This document shows, in pieces, positions 18,576 through 29,410 of a stretch of 62,108 bases of DNA. Under the pieces are notes generated by a model. The model had not been told where the DNA came from. It made no database searches and saw only the letters and a list, made by a program, of their open reading frames with translations. Every line of letters begins with the position of its first letter. Position 1 is the first letter of the stretch. The stretch lies in contig CACDVW010000003.1 in NCBI GenBank assembly GCA_902556355.1, positions 1 to 62,108 of the forward strand, read 5' to 3'. The stretch comes from an uncultured SAR86 cluster bacterium. Lineage in GTDB: Bacteria > Pseudomonadota > Gammaproteobacteria > Magnimaribacterales > D2472. The translations under genes were made by a program, and so were the position numbers.

Positions 18576-19259
18576 ATGAATGAATTAATCTTATTGAGCC
18601 CGTCTCACATCATTACAGTTTTGCTAAGCATATTAGCAGTAATATTTATTCCTAAGTATTTTAAATTATCCAATGAAAAGGCTCAAAAGAATCTAAGATT
18701 TGTGATCATATTTTTATTATTAGTAAATCAAGCAATGGACTTTTATAGAGAGGGGATAATGAGCGATAGATGGCAAGATGGACTACCTCTTCATTTATGC
18801 GATTTTTCAACAATGGCAATTATCTTATATTTTTTAACGGCAAAGAGAGATTTTTTTGTTTTTGCATTCTTCTTTGGCATTGCAGGAGGGGGTATGTCTA
18901 TTCTTACTCCAGATACTGTTTATGGCTTTCCTTATGTGGGATACATACAGAGCCAAATTGGCCACACAATGATTCTCATGGGAGTAACTTATGCAATGGT
19001 CATTGATAATCAAAGACCATACTTGAAAGATATTCCTAAAGTTTTTATGTATGCAACCGTACTATTGTTATTCACTTACCTTATGAATTATTTGTTAGGA
19101 ACTAATTATTGGTTTTTAGCTCAGAAGCCTATAGGAGATAACATAACCGCTCTTATGCGACCAGAACCATTCCATATAATAGATCTTTATGTTGTTGCAT
19201 TGTTGGTTTGTTACTCAATGTATTTGCCTTACTACCTTAAAGATAAAAGATTAAGCTAG
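18576..19259 (+). CDS. integral membrane protein, YwaF/TIGR02206-like
   Basis: Seven hydrophobic helices and the GLPLHLCD motif I associate with this family. Confidence 0.55.
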   Translation: MNELILLSPSHIITVLLSILAVIFIPKYFKLSNEKAQKNLRFVIIFLLLVNQAMDFYREGIMSDRWQDGLPLHLCDFSTMAIILYFLTAKRDFFVFAFFFGIAGGGMSILTPDTVYGFPYVGYIQSQIGHTMILMGVTYAMVIDNQRPYLKDIPKVFMYATVLLLFTYLMNYLLGTNYWFLAQKPIGDNITALMRPEPFHIIDLYVVALLVCYSMYLPYYLKDKRLS

Positions 19260-19263
19260 ATTT

Positions 19264-19887
19264 ATGGAAAGAAAAGGCAGCAAAATTGTATCTAGCAGGC
19301 AGATTCCTCATAAATATAGAGCATCTAGACCAAAAATTGTCCAATGGATAGCAAGATGGTTTTTAAGACTTTTCGGATGGAAGGTGGACGGTTTTATACC
19401 TCCTCTTGAAGGCAAAGAAAATTTAATAATTATTGCTGGGCCTCATACATCTAATTGGGATGGGGTATTTGGTTTCGCTGCAATATTAGGATTAGATGCA
19501 AAAATAACCTTCTTTGGAAAGCACAGCCTTTTCACTAAACCAATTCTTGGGAAATTTCTCAAATATATGGGTGGTATTCCAGTCGATAAGACCAAACCAG
19601 GCTCAGGCTTAACAGATGTGGCAATACAAAATATGAAAAAACTAAATGGCTCTTTAATTGCCATGTCTCCTGAGGGAACAAGAGCTAAAACTGAGAAGTT
19701 AAAAACAGGATTTTTAAGAATCGCTAAGGCAGTAGAGGGTCAAATTTTTCTCGGAGCTTTTGATTTTGGAAATAAAAGAATTGTTTTAGACAAGTTTTAT
19801 ATACCATCTGGAGACAATGAAGAAGATTTATTGTGGGTTAGAAATTACTTCTTACAGTTCCAAGCAAAGCGACCTGAAAATTATTAA
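19264..19887 (+). CDS. lysophospholipid (1-acyl-sn-glycerol-3-phosphate-type) acyltransferase family protein
   Basis: HX4D motif HTSNWD and SPEGTR motif III. Confidence 0.7.
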   Translation: MERKGSKIVSSRQIPHKYRASRPKIVQWIARWFLRLFGWKVDGFIPPLEGKENLIIIAGPHTSNWDGVFGFAAILGLDAKITFFGKHSLFTKPILGKFLKYMGGIPVDKTKPGSGLTDVAIQNMKKLNGSLIAMSPEGTRAKTEKLKTGFLRIAKAVEGQIFLGAFDFGNKRIVLDKFYIPSGDNEEDLLWVRNYFLQFQAKRPENY

Positions 19888-21716
19888 TCTGTATCTAAAC
19901 TATTAGCAATCATCTCATCAATTTTCTCTTCAACTATAAATAGTGGCGGGTTTCCGTAATCAAGAACAGCAGAATGAAAATCTCTAATGTCGAATTTATC
20001 TCCCAGAGCATCTATTGCTTTTTCTCTTAATTCCAACATTTTTATCATCCCAACTTTATAGCTTAAAGCCTGTCCAGGCCAAACAATATATCTTTCGATT
20101 TCCACACGGCATTCGGTATCTGACATACCAGTTTTAGCTTTCATATAATCTATAGCTTCCTCTCTAGTCCATTTCTTATAATGTATGCCAGTATCTACAA
20201 CTAAACGAACGGCTCTAAATATTTCGCTTTGCAAAATACCCAATTCATCATATGGATCTGGAGCAAGGCCTGCCTCCAATGACAGCTGCTCTGAATATAA
20301 AGCCCAGCCTTCAGAAAATGCAGAGGTTCCGTAACCAAACCTTCTATACAGTGTTAGCTCTTCATTCTCTAATGAATGAGCTATTTGATGATGATGACCG
20401 GGTGTCGCCTCATGAAAAGTTAATGTCTTCATGCTGTATTTAGGAGTTTGTTTAATGTCATATAGGTTTGCATAAAAAACACCAGGCCTACTCCCATCAA
20501 GAGCAGGAGCTTGATAATAACCGCCCGGGGCTGTTTGTTCAGAATATTCCGGTACTGATTTTACAATAACAGGTGCCTTAGGCATCGAATGAAAATATTC
20601 TTTTATACCTTCGGTAGCTTCATTAACCATATCCATATAATCTTGAACAACAATATCTTTTCTGTCCGGTGTGTCGGCATAAAGCATGGATGGATCTTCA
20701 TTTAACTCATTCATTAAAACTCCAACAGTTTTATTTGAGTCATAGCCAAGTGAAACAAGGATATCTTTCATTCTTTTAGAAATTCTTGCTACTTCGCTTA
20801 GCCCCATTTGATGAATTTTCTCAGGACTATAGTCTGTAGTTGTATACGATCTAATTCTTAGTTTATAAAACTCATCACCATTTGGCTGAGACCATATTCC
20901 GTGGTGAGGATTGGCATTTTTTTCTGTTTCAAGCATAAAATCTCTTAGTAATACGAACCCAGGAGTTAAACTTTTTTGAATTGAATTTTTTATAGAGTTC
21001 TCTAAATAATTAAATTCCTCATCGGATAAATCAAGCAACTTTATTTTTTTTATAAATTGTGTGTACAAGGGATGCTCTTCATGCGAGTAGTTAATTAATT
21101 CATTAAGTTGCTCGATTATGTGTGCATAGACGAATTTGGGAGCATATATTCCAGAATTTGCTTGTCTTTGCAACCAGTCATAAAGTCCTGAATAAACCTC
21201 AATAGAGAGATCAATTCGTTTAATGAAGTCTTTTGCCTCAGATAGATTTCTTACCGGATGCATGTCACTCATAAAGCTAATAATATTGTGATGTTCTCCG
21301 CGAACCTGGTTTAAAGGGTAATCATGATATGGAAAGAGCTCTAGTTGATATAATTGATTTTCAGTATCAAAAATCGCAATTTTTTTAGTTATTCTTTGGC
21401 CACTATTTAGTGATTCATTACTATATTTATTTAAAATATTTAATCTTTTTTTTGCGCTTTTTATATCTTTTTTTAGGTCATCACTCTTTGGGATGGATAG
21501 CATTGCATTATGATTCGTAAACCAATTCAGGTCATCAAAGACTCCCATATAAGTCATAGCCTCGGGTGAGTCTACTAAATCTGTTATAACTTCTTTTGCT
21601 AAATAATGATCAATTGAAACAGGCTTCATGTAAAAGAGATTAACCAAGTATAGTGGAACTAAACTTATTCCAAAAAAAGTCAGAACTCCAAGTGTCTTAA
21701 AGATTCGTTTTATCAT
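19884..21716 (-). CDS. DUF885 family protein (putative metallopeptidase-like)
   Basis: N-terminal TM helix. The C-terminal FHEATPGHHHQ and RYIVWPGQALSYKVG blocks are typical of DUF885. Confidence 0.85.
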   Translation of the reverse strand: MIKRIFKTLGVLTFFGISLVPLYLVNLFYMKPVSIDHYLAKEVITDLVDSPEAMTYMGVFDDLNWFTNHNAMLSIPKSDDLKKDIKSAKKRLNILNKYSNESLNSGQRITKKIAIFDTENQLYQLELFPYHDYPLNQVRGEHHNIISFMSDMHPVRNLSEAKDFIKRIDLSIEVYSGLYDWLQRQANSGIYAPKFVYAHIIEQLNELINYSHEEHPLYTQFIKKIKLLDLSDEEFNYLENSIKNSIQKSLTPGFVLLRDFMLETEKNANPHHGIWSQPNGDEFYKLRIRSYTTTDYSPEKIHQMGLSEVARISKRMKDILVSLGYDSNKTVGVLMNELNEDPSMLYADTPDRKDIVVQDYMDMVNEATEGIKEYFHSMPKAPVIVKSVPEYSEQTAPGGYYQAPALDGSRPGVFYANLYDIKQTPKYSMKTLTFHEATPGHHHQIAHSLENEELTLYRRFGYGTSAFSEGWALYSEQLSLEAGLAPDPYDELGILQSEIFRAVRLVVDTGIHYKKWTREEAIDYMKAKTGMSDTECRVEIERYIVWPGQALSYKVGMIKMLELREKAIDALGDKFDIRDFHSAVLDYGNPPLFIVEEKIDEMIANSLDTD

Positions 21717-21803
21717 TTTTTAACATCCATTAACTACTATGTGCATGCAAATATTATAAGTTTTTTTGATAGACTTAATGTAAATAATTAACAGTATATA
21801 AAA

Positions 21804-22502
21804 ATGACCAAAAAATTAGCTACATTCTCTCAAGAAGATGACATTTCCATAATTACGCTTGATGATGGTAAGGCCAATGTTTTTTCTCCAACAATGATCA
21901 ATCATGTCCATGATTGTTTGGACAAAGTACCAACTGAGAAGGGTGCGTTAATTATTGCTGGACGAGAGGGCATGTTCTCAGGTGGTTTTGATTTAAAAAT
22001 AATCTCTTCTGGAGATATGAAGTTAATCCAAGAAATGTCTATTAGCGGTTTCAGACTGCTGTCAAGAATATTAACATTTCCTCGACCTGTTCTTGCAGCA
22101 TGCACAGGGCATGGCATTGCTTTGGGAACTTTCCTTCTTTGTTGTTGTGACTATAGAATAGGAGCAAAAGGCAAGTATTTAATTGGCGCAAATGAGATGA
22201 GAACAAATATGGTAATTCCAGTTCCAATACTTGAGCTTATTAGATTCAGAATCTCACAAAGACATAAATATAGAGCAATATTAGGTGCTGAAATGTATCC
22301 TATTGAATCAGCTGTTGATGCAGGGCTAATGGATGAAGCAGTTGATACAGAAAATTTAATGGAATCAGCCATGCTAAAAGCAAAAGATCTAGCAACCATG
22401 GGTCACCCAAGCTATACCTTAACAAAAGAACTTTTTATTAAGGATGTTGCTACAAAAATTAATAATGCTCTTGATGAGATAGACCCAACTGTAAAAAATT
22501 AA
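21804..22502 (+). CDS. enoyl-CoA hydratase/isomerase (crotonase) family protein
   Basis: LDDGKANVFS, FSGGFDL and ACTGHGIALG oxyanion-hole-type blocks. Confidence 0.8.
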   Translation: MTKKLATFSQEDDISIITLDDGKANVFSPTMINHVHDCLDKVPTEKGALIIAGREGMFSGGFDLKIISSGDMKLIQEMSISGFRLLSRILTFPRPVLAACTGHGIALGTFLLCCCDYRIGAKGKYLIGANEMRTNMVIPVPILELIRFRISQRHKYRAILGAEMYPIESAVDAGLMDEAVDTENLMESAMLKAKDLATMGHPSYTLTKELFIKDVATKINNALDEIDPTVKN

Positions 22503-22511
22503 ATATAAACA

Positions 22512-23015
22512 GTGGATTTAAGCAAAGAGTTTGAGATAATTCAGTTTAATAGAAATATATCAAGCAACATATTAAAAAGTTTATATTCATTAAACCAAGA
22601 AAATACGCCTGAAGTTGGATCTATTGGTAGTATTGAATCTTTTACCTCATTACTAGACAAAAGCTCTTTAAATTTATTAATTAAATATAAAAAACAATCA
22701 ATTGGTTTTGTTATTTGTTTTAGAGAAAACTTAGAATATGAATCTTTGAATTATAAGTTCTTTAATGAGACTAAAAAAATTTTTTTGTATATCGATAGAG
22801 TTGTCATTAAATCACAATATAGGAGAATGGGTGTTGGAACTAAAGTCTATAAATATCTTGATGAGGTAGCAGCAAAAGAATTATTGCCAATATGTTGTGA
22901 AGTAAATTCAATTCCTCTAAATCAAATATCTCTTAATTTTCATGCTAAAAACGGTTTCGTGGAGGTTGGAGAAAAAGATTTTAAAGACCATTCTGTTAGA
23001 TACCTTACAAAATAA
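22512..23015 (+). CDS. GNAT family N-acetyltransferase
   Basis: GTG start. YRRMGVGTKVYKYL fits the acetyl-CoA motif A, followed by FHAKNGF. Confidence 0.7.
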   Translation: MDLSKEFEIIQFNRNISSNILKSLYSLNQENTPEVGSIGSIESFTSLLDKSSLNLLIKYKKQSIGFVICFRENLEYESLNYKFFNETKKIFLYIDRVVIKSQYRRMGVGTKVYKYLDEVAAKELLPICCEVNSIPLNQISLNFHAKNGFVEVGEKDFKDHSVRYLTK

Positions 23016-23075
23016 TATATAAAATCAACGTGTTTTATTTAAACCTATTATTGATATATAAGTTATTCTAGAAAT

Positions 23076-23963
23076 ATGTTTCTTGAAACAACTTTGCTTT
23101 TTAAAACAATGATGATACTCGCAGGACAAGTTGGTATTGTCTTTGGCCTATCTTATTTTTGCATCAAAGGCGCAAGATGGGCTTATGAAAATAATACTAC
23201 GTTTCTAGGTTATTACTATAGAGGCGCTATGAATATGAATAGGCAACTAGATCTAGTCCCATACAAAAAAGCGCCCACAAAATATCCAATTGAAATGACC
23301 AAACTAATAGAGGCAACGACTGATGAAGAAACTGGAAAAAAAACAGAAGCATTTGCAAAATTAAAACTTGCAAAGAGCAAAGAGGAGGTTTTGCAGTTTC
23401 TAAAAGAAGGATATAAATATTCTAATGAGAGTACTTTTTTTAATGCCTTATTCTTTTTTTGGGCGGCAACCTTATTTGCAACTTTATTTTTTGCAGCCAC
23501 AAACATCAGCATACTAACTGGAATGCTGCTATTTACTATGCAAAGTGTTGCCTTTGGAATATTACTATCTTTTCTTCTTTTAGAGATGGATGAAAATGAT
23601 GGCCTGCGAGCAACAAAAATTGTGTTCTTCGTTACTGTTCTAACAGGATATATTGGCTATAGTGACATCTATTCTTTTTCAGAGAATGTAACACTTCAAG
23701 TTGTTTTATTGCTATCCCTTTTAGCTTTAATCGCATTTAGTCTTATTAGAACCTTCATAGGATTTAGTAGAAATGTCATAAGAATTAAAGCGATATTTGG
23801 AGCAATAGTATTTTCATTGTATTTATTAATTGATTTTAATTTAATAAAGAAAAAAGAAGCTATCTCAAATGATTGGAATACGGCTTTTGAAATGGCATTC
23901 ACAATCTATATTGATCTCATGAATTTATTACTTGAAATTCTTGATGCAATGAGTAATAGCTAA
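23076..23963 (+). CDS. polytopic membrane protein, unknown function
   Basis: One N-terminal helix, a charged linker, then about six helices. Confidence 0.5.
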   Translation: MFLETTLLFKTMMILAGQVGIVFGLSYFCIKGARWAYENNTTFLGYYYRGAMNMNRQLDLVPYKKAPTKYPIEMTKLIEATTDEETGKKTEAFAKLKLAKSKEEVLQFLKEGYKYSNESTFFNALFFFWAATLFATLFFAATNISILTGMLLFTMQSVAFGILLSFLLLEMDENDGLRATKIVFFVTVLTGYIGYSDIYSFSENVTLQVVLLLSLLALIAFSLIRTFIGFSRNVIRIKAIFGAIVFSLYLLIDFNLIKKKEAISNDWNTAFEMAFTIYIDLMNLLLEILDAMSNS

Positions 23964-24016
23964 TTCTATTCATATTAATCTTTACAATTAATCAAGATAT
24001 GATTAGTCTTTAGGGT

Positions 24017-24223
24017 ATGTCATTTTATAAATGTAATGAATGTGGTATGTCGGTTAAAACATCATGTGGTGAATGCGATAACCCACTGGAAGATGGTTTT
24101 TTGGATATGGATGATGGCAGTCAAGTTAGAATATCTCAATGCAAACATGCAGAGTGTTCAAATTTTAATGGAAAGATAAAATCTCCGCTTTGTTGCGGAA
24201 ATGACATGCAATGCTCTATTTAA
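24017..24223 (+). CDS. Cys-rich miniprotein (zinc-ribbon-like), 68 aa
   Basis: CNECG...CGECD, then C-x4-C, CC and C; I count 10 Cys in the 68-aa translation. Confidence 0.5.
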   Translation: MSFYKCNECGMSVKTSCGECDNPLEDGFLDMDDGSQVRISQCKHAECSNFNGKIKSPLCCGNDMQCSI

Positions 24224-24225
24224 TA

Positions 24226-24252
24226 AAAAGCCTATCAGTTTGATAGGCTTTT
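24226..24252. terminator. bidirectional intrinsic terminator between convergent genes
   Basis: AAAAGCCTATCA-GTT-TGATAGGCTTTT forms a 12-bp perfect stem flanked by A and T runs. Confidence 0.75.
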
Positions 24253-24264
24253 ATGTTTATTAAC

Positions 24265-24999
24265 TTATCTGCTTATTGAGTAGCCTTGTTGCTCTAATAC
24301 GAACCTATCTTCTGATAGATTTCCTACCCAAGAAACTTGCCCCTCATCATTAAATTCAAATCTTGTAGCAGTATATGCATTGGCAGTTAAGCCGCTAGCA
24401 TCTTCTGTGAATTCAGACCAACTCAAGACCCAAACAACACCCTCATCTGTGACAGAGGTTTCAATAATATTAAATCCATCTGCTCCCCAGTTATCAGCAT
24501 CAGCTTGAGAAAAGTTTTCTAGTACTTGTGCTTTTGTTGATGTTTGTTGTACAGCACCTCTAGCAACTGTTACAGCTACTTCTTCACCATCTCTTAGAAC
24601 CACTGCATCTATTTCTTCTCCCGGTTTGCCCCTAAAACCAAGCCTATTTCTATTATCATCAGCAACTCTAACACCAGCAACCTCCACAAAAGAGTCACCA
24701 ACTTGAAGAGCTTTTGAAGCAGGGCTATCTGGAATGATATATGTTATTGTCATCCCGCTCTCATCAGGATTCCATATAAATCCCATGCCAACATATCTGT
24801 CTCCGACAACTAATCCGTCTTCAGACATATTAGTTTCTATCATTTCAATGGCTTCAGCTTTGCCGGTATAACCTGCAGTCACCCATTCAGCTGCAATATC
24901 CATCCTGTCTTGATAGGAGTTTCCAGAGTTGTTATTCATATCACATGCGGTCAATGCAATTAATGCAGAGCATGCAAAGATTGTTTTTAAATTATTCAT
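24265..24999 (-). CDS. lipoprotein with PDZ domain
   Basis: The signal peptide ends in LIALTAC (lipobox). YIIPDSPASKALQVGDSFVEVAGVRV is PDZ-like. Confidence 0.6.
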   Translation of the reverse strand: MNNLKTIFACSALIALTACDMNNNSGNSYQDRMDIAAEWVTAGYTGKAEAIEMIETNMSEDGLVVGDRYVGMGFIWNPDESGMTITYIIPDSPASKALQVGDSFVEVAGVRVADDNRNRLGFRGKPGEEIDAVVLRDGEEVAVTVARGAVQQTSTKAQVLENFSQADADNWGADGFNIIETSVTDEGVVWVLSWSEFTEDASGLTANAYTATRFEFNDEGQVSWVGNLSEDRFVLEQQGYSISR

Positions 25000-25076
25000 C
25001 CTCTCTCCTTTAAAAATGTAATAAGACTTAAGTTTATATTTTTTATAAGTTAATGAAAGGATTTGAAAAGATTAAT

Positions 25077-26867
25077 TTATGTTCTTACTCTGCCTTTTTT
25101 TCGTAAACGAATTGATTCAGGAGTTACTTCCACAAGCTCGTCATCTTCAATAAATTCTAAAGCTTGCTCTAGTGTATGCTTTATGTGCGGAACGAGAATT
25201 AAATTCTCATCTGTACCGGCTGCCCTTATGTTTGTTAATTGTTTTGCCTTTGTGGGATTGACTGGCAGATCATTATCCCTTGAATGCAGACCAACAATTT
25301 GACCAACATATACTTCTTGACCATGACCTAGAAATAATTTTCCACGATTTTGTAAATTAAATAGCGCATAAGCAAGCGTCTTTCCTGCAGTCATTGCGTA
25401 CATAACACCATTAGTTCTTTTTGCAATCTCACCAGTTTTAACTGGACCATAGTGATCAAAAACACTTGTCATTATTCCTGTACCGCTCGTTATTGTTAAA
25501 AAATGCGATCTAAAACCAATAATACCTCTCGATGGTGCCATAAATTCAAGTTTTACTCGCCCCTTACCATCTGGCTCCATATTTTTAAGCTCAGCCTTTC
25601 TTGGACCAAGCTCTTCTATAACAGATCCTTGATGAATATCTTCAACATCAATAACAATCTGCTCATATGGTTCATGAATCTCATCACCAACTTCTTTTTG
25701 TATAACTTGTGGTTTAGATATAGCAAGCTCAAAGCCTTCTCTGCGCATTGTTTCGATTAAAACTGATAAGTGCAGCTCTCCACGGCCAGAAACTATAAAT
25801 TTATCTGGGCTGTCTCCCTGGACAACCCGCAAGGCTACATTTGAAATTAATTCTTTTTCTAGTCGCTCTTTAATATTTCTAGAAGTAACAAATTTTCCCT
25901 CTCTTCCCGCAAAAGGAGAATCATTTACTTGAAAAGTCATACTCACGGTTGGCTCATCCACTGAAAGGGGAGGCAATGCCTCTACATGCATCGGATCGCA
26001 CAGAGTGTCTGATATATTCAGCTTATCAATACCGGTAATACATACTATTGAGCCAGCATCAGCACTGGAAACTTCTACCCTCTCTAGGCCCTCATAACCC
26101 ATAACCTGAAGAACCTTACCTTTTCTAGTTTTACCTTCTCTGTCTATTACGGCTACCTGATCGTTTGGTTTTATGGAGCCCTGCTTAATTCTTCCTATAC
26201 CAATAACACCAACATAACTATTACTATCGAGAGCACTAATCTGTAACTGCAAAGGACCGTCTTTTTTCACTTCTGGAGCAGGCACTTTATCAAGTATCAT
26301 TTGTATCAAAGGGGTCATATCTTGAGTCATTTGGTCAGCTTCTAGACCTGAAATACCTTCTATTGCAGATGCATAAATAACCGGAAAGTCTAATTGCTCG
26401 TCAGTTCCGCCTAGACGGTCAAACAAATCAAAAACCTGATCTAAAACCCAATCAGGCCTTGCATCAGGACGATCAACTTTATTAATAACCACAATTGGCT
26501 TTAAGCCTTTTTCAAATGCTTTTTGGGTAACAAATCTTGTTTGTGGCATCGGCCCATCTACTGCATCAACCAGAAGAAGCACCGAATCGACCATTGAAAG
26601 AGCTCTTTCAACTTCTCCACCAAAATCAGCATGACCAGGAGTATCTACGATATTAATTAAATGATCTTTCCAATTGATTGAGGTATTTTTTGCAGTAATT
26701 GTTATACCTCTTTCTTTTTCTTGGTCATTGGAGTCCATGATTCTTTCAGAATCCATATTTTTTCTATCCAATGTTCCGGATTGTTGAAGAAGCTTATCTA
26801 CTAGTGTCGTTTTTCCATGGTCAACATGGGCAATGATTGCAATATTTCTAAGATTATTTATGTCCAT
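25077..26867 (-). CDS. typA: translational GTPase TypA/BipA
   Basis: [34 protein letters not shown] and the full-length EF-G-like body ending in the TypA C-terminal domain. Confidence 0.97.
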   Translation of the reverse strand: MDINNLRNIAIIAHVDHGKTTLVDKLLQQSGTLDRKNMDSERIMDSNDQEKERGITITAKNTSINWKDHLINIVDTPGHADFGGEVERALSMVDSVLLLVDAVDGPMPQTRFVTQKAFEKGLKPIVVINKVDRPDARPDWVLDQVFDLFDRLGGTDEQLDFPVIYASAIEGISGLEADQMTQDMTPLIQMILDKVPAPEVKKDGPLQLQISALDSNSYVGVIGIGRIKQGSIKPNDQVAVIDREGKTRKGKVLQVMGYEGLERVEVSSADAGSIVCITGIDKLNISDTLCDPMHVEALPPLSVDEPTVSMTFQVNDSPFAGREGKFVTSRNIKERLEKELISNVALRVVQGDSPDKFIVSGRGELHLSVLIETMRREGFELAISKPQVIQKEVGDEIHEPYEQIVIDVEDIHQGSVIEELGPRKAELKNMEPDGKGRVKLEFMAPSRGIIGFRSHFLTITSGTGIMTSVFDHYGPVKTGEIAKRTNGVMYAMTAGKTLAYALFNLQNRGKLFLGHGQEVYVGQIVGLHSRDNDLPVNPTKAKQLTNIRAAGTDENLILVPHIKHTLEQALEFIEDDELVEVTPESIRLRKKGRVRT

Positions 26868-26907
26868 GTTATTAGTGTTTTAAAAAAGTGGGGATTATAA
26901 TCTTAAA

Positions 26908-28182
26908 ATGAAAAAAATAATGCTTTTAATGTCTTTTGTAGGCTCAACTTACGTATCTTCTGATTTAAAAAAAGATCTTGAAGAGCAAATTACACCATTA
27001 ATGGCAAAAGTAATTGAATGGCGTCATGACATTCATCAATACCCAGAGCTAAGTAATAGAGAGTTTAGAACAGCCAAGAAAGTTGAAAACCATTTACGCT
27101 CACTTGATATTGAGGTTGAGACCGGAATTGCTTATACAGGTGTTGTTGGTTTAATAAAAGGCTCCATGCCAGGACCAACAATAGCACTTAGAGCAGACAT
27201 GGATGCTTTGCCGGTAATTGAAAAAACAGGATTACCTTTTGCCTCAAAAGAAAAAACTGAATACTTAGGTCAAGAAGTTGGAATTATGCACGCATGTGGT
27301 CATGATGCGCATGTTGCTATTCTAATGGGAGTTGCTGAATACTTATCAAAAAATAAGAGTCAGATTAAAGGAAATGTGATGTTGATTTTTCAACCGGCTG
27401 AAGAAGGGCCACCTGAAGGTGAAAATGGTGGAGCAAAGATGATGCTTGAGGAAGGTATTTTTGATAGATATAAGCCTGAAGTTATTTTTGGTCTTCATGT
27501 TGGTAATGGTCCTCATGGCTATATTGGAGTTGCTGCTGGACCAGCAATGGCTGCTGCTAGTACGTACAGAATTAAAATAAAGGGGGTTCAGGCTCATGGT
27601 TCTAGGCCTTGGGACTCTATTGATCCAGTAATGGCAACCGCTGAGCTTATACAAAATTTAAATACAATTGTTAGTAGAAGAATTAATATCGTAAACAATC
27701 CTGCTGTTATATCAGTCGGTATTGTCAGGTCAGGCACAAGAGGAAATATTATTCCCGAAGATTCTGAAATACAGGGTACGATAAGAACCTTTGATCCAAA
27801 GCTCAGAGCAGAAATATATAAAGAAATTGAACAAGTAGCATCTGGTGTTGCTTTAGGTACAGGCACAGAAGTTTCAGTTGAGTTCGATGTTGGTGGATTT
27901 TATCCAGTGACTTTTAATGACGAAAATCTTGTAAAGAAGCTTACTCCATCATTAAGAAATGCAGCAGAAAATAAGGTTTACGAAATGACGCCATCGACTG
28001 GAGCAGAGGATTTTTCATTTTTCTCAAATGAAATACCAGGTATGTATTTTTGGCTCGGTGTTAATGCACCAGGGATAATGGAAGCTCCTGGAAATCATTC
28101 ACCATATTTTGTTGTTGACGATGGAGCGCTTGATGTGGGAGTAAGAGCATTTGTAAATTTAGTTTCAGATTATCCAAATTAA
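26908..28182 (+). CDS. M20D family amidohydrolase (hippurate hydrolase/aminoacylase-like) with signal peptide
   Basis: HQYPELSNREF, LRADMDALP, MHACGHDAH and QPAEEG motifs. Confidence 0.9.
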   Translation: MKKIMLLMSFVGSTYVSSDLKKDLEEQITPLMAKVIEWRHDIHQYPELSNREFRTAKKVENHLRSLDIEVETGIAYTGVVGLIKGSMPGPTIALRADMDALPVIEKTGLPFASKEKTEYLGQEVGIMHACGHDAHVAILMGVAEYLSKNKSQIKGNVMLIFQPAEEGPPEGENGGAKMMLEEGIFDRYKPEVIFGLHVGNGPHGYIGVAAGPAMAAASTYRIKIKGVQAHGSRPWDSIDPVMATAELIQNLNTIVSRRINIVNNPAVISVGIVRSGTRGNIIPEDSEIQGTIRTFDPKLRAEIYKEIEQVASGVALGTGTEVSVEFDVGGFYPVTFNDENLVKKLTPSLRNAAENKVYEMTPSTGAEDFSFFSNEIPGMYFWLGVNAPGIMEAPGNHSPYFVVDDGALDVGVRAFVNLVSDYPN

Positions 28183-28243
28183 TCTGTACCTAATAAACAC
28201 AAAAGCATAAAATCTACAAAAATTAATTATAAGGAGCTTAAGA

Positions 28244-29209
28244 ATGGCAATACCAGAGAATATTAGAAATAACCTATCTATACCTGTAATAGGTTCTCCA
28301 TTATTTCTGGTGTCAGGTCCTGAGCTAGTAATTGCTCAATGTAAGGCAGGTATTATTGGATCCTTTCCTGCGCTTAACGCAAGACCGCAGCATGTATTAG
28401 AAGAGTGGATTGTAAGGATTAAGACTGAGCTAGCGGAATATCAAGAACAAAATCCAGACAAGAAAGTTGCCCCTTTTGCTGTGAACCAAATTTGTCATGG
28501 GTCTAACGATAGGCTTATGGATGATATGGCCACATGTGTAAAACATGAAGTTCCAATTATTATCACATCATTAAGACCTCCAGCAGAACTGGTCGAAGCT
28601 ACCCATAGTTACGGAGGACTCGTTTACCATGACGTTATAAATGTTAGACATGCAAAAAAAGCGGCCGAGCAGGGCGTTGATGGCTTAATTCTTGTATGTG
28701 CTGGTGCAGGGGGTCATGCTGGAGCCCTTTCACCATTCGCATTATTAAGAGAAGTTAAAGAGTGGTTTGACGGTACTGTAATTTTGTCAGGTTCTATTGG
28801 AGACGGTTATTCAGTTGCATCATCTTTGGCTCTTGGAGCAGATTTCGCATACATGGGTACTAGATTCATTGCCACCAAAGAGGCTAATGCTGATCAAGGG
28901 TATAAACAAATGCTAATTGATAGTGCTGCAGATGATATTGTTTATTCAAGTCTATTTACTGGTGTTTCTGGAAATTACTTAAAGCCCTCAATAAAAAATG
29001 CAGGACTTGATCCAGATAATCTTCCTGATGCAGATAAATCTACAATGAATTTTGGATCAGGAGGAAATACTGATGCAAAAGCATGGAAAGATATTTGGGG
29101 ATCTGGCCAAGGAATTGGTGGTATTAAAGACGATCCTAGCGTAGAAGATTTAGTAACTAGGCTTATAGAAGAGTATAATCAGGCAAAAATAGAATTTAAC
29201 AAAAAATAA
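28244..29209 (+). CDS. nitronate monooxygenase / NAD(P)H-dependent flavin oxidoreductase family
   Basis: GIIGSFPALNAR, GVDGLILVCAGAGGHAG and FAYMGTRFIAT blocks. Confidence 0.85.
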   Translation: MAIPENIRNNLSIPVIGSPLFLVSGPELVIAQCKAGIIGSFPALNARPQHVLEEWIVRIKTELAEYQEQNPDKKVAPFAVNQICHGSNDRLMDDMATCVKHEVPIIITSLRPPAELVEATHSYGGLVYHDVINVRHAKKAAEQGVDGLILVCAGAGGHAGALSPFALLREVKEWFDGTVILSGSIGDGYSVASSLALGADFAYMGTRFIATKEANADQGYKQMLIDSAADDIVYSSLFTGVSGNYLKPSIKNAGLDPDNLPDADKSTMNFGSGGNTDAKAWKDIWGSGQGIGGIKDDPSVEDLVTRLIEEYNQAKIEFNKK

Positions 29210-29227
29210 TATTATCCGGAGGAGAGA

Positions 29228-29401
29228 ATGGAAACAATAATATTAATTTTAATAGGGGCTGTTGCTGGGGGAGCAATTGTTAATATGATGTATGTATGCA
29301 AGGAAGGCAGAAGTGGATCTAAAGGCATAACAGAAGAATATGTAACAGAGTCAGGTATAAAGAGAACAGCAAAAAAAGACAGAGAAGAATATATCGTTTA
29401 A
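29228..29401 (+). CDS. small membrane protein, 57 aa (not in ORF track)
   Basis: Hand translation gives METIILILIGAVAGGAIVNMMYVCKEGRSGSKGITEEYVTESGIKRTAKKDREEYIV. GGAGGAGAGA lies directly upstream of the ATG. Confidence 0.4.
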   Translation: METIILILIGAVAGGAIVNMMYVCKEGRSGSKGITEEYVTESGIKRTAKKDREEYIV

Positions 29402-29410
29402 AAATATTAA

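Noticed and set aside
18770-19006. Alternate-frame ORF inside 18576..19259.
   Set aside because: It is same-strand and out of frame within a coherent 7-TM protein. Its Cys/Trp/Arg-rich translation is atypical.
25063-25760. Plus-strand ORFs 25063..25302 and 25503..25760.
   Set aside because: They lie antisense inside the unambiguous typA coding region and have low-complexity, unrecognisable translations. They are shadow ORFs.
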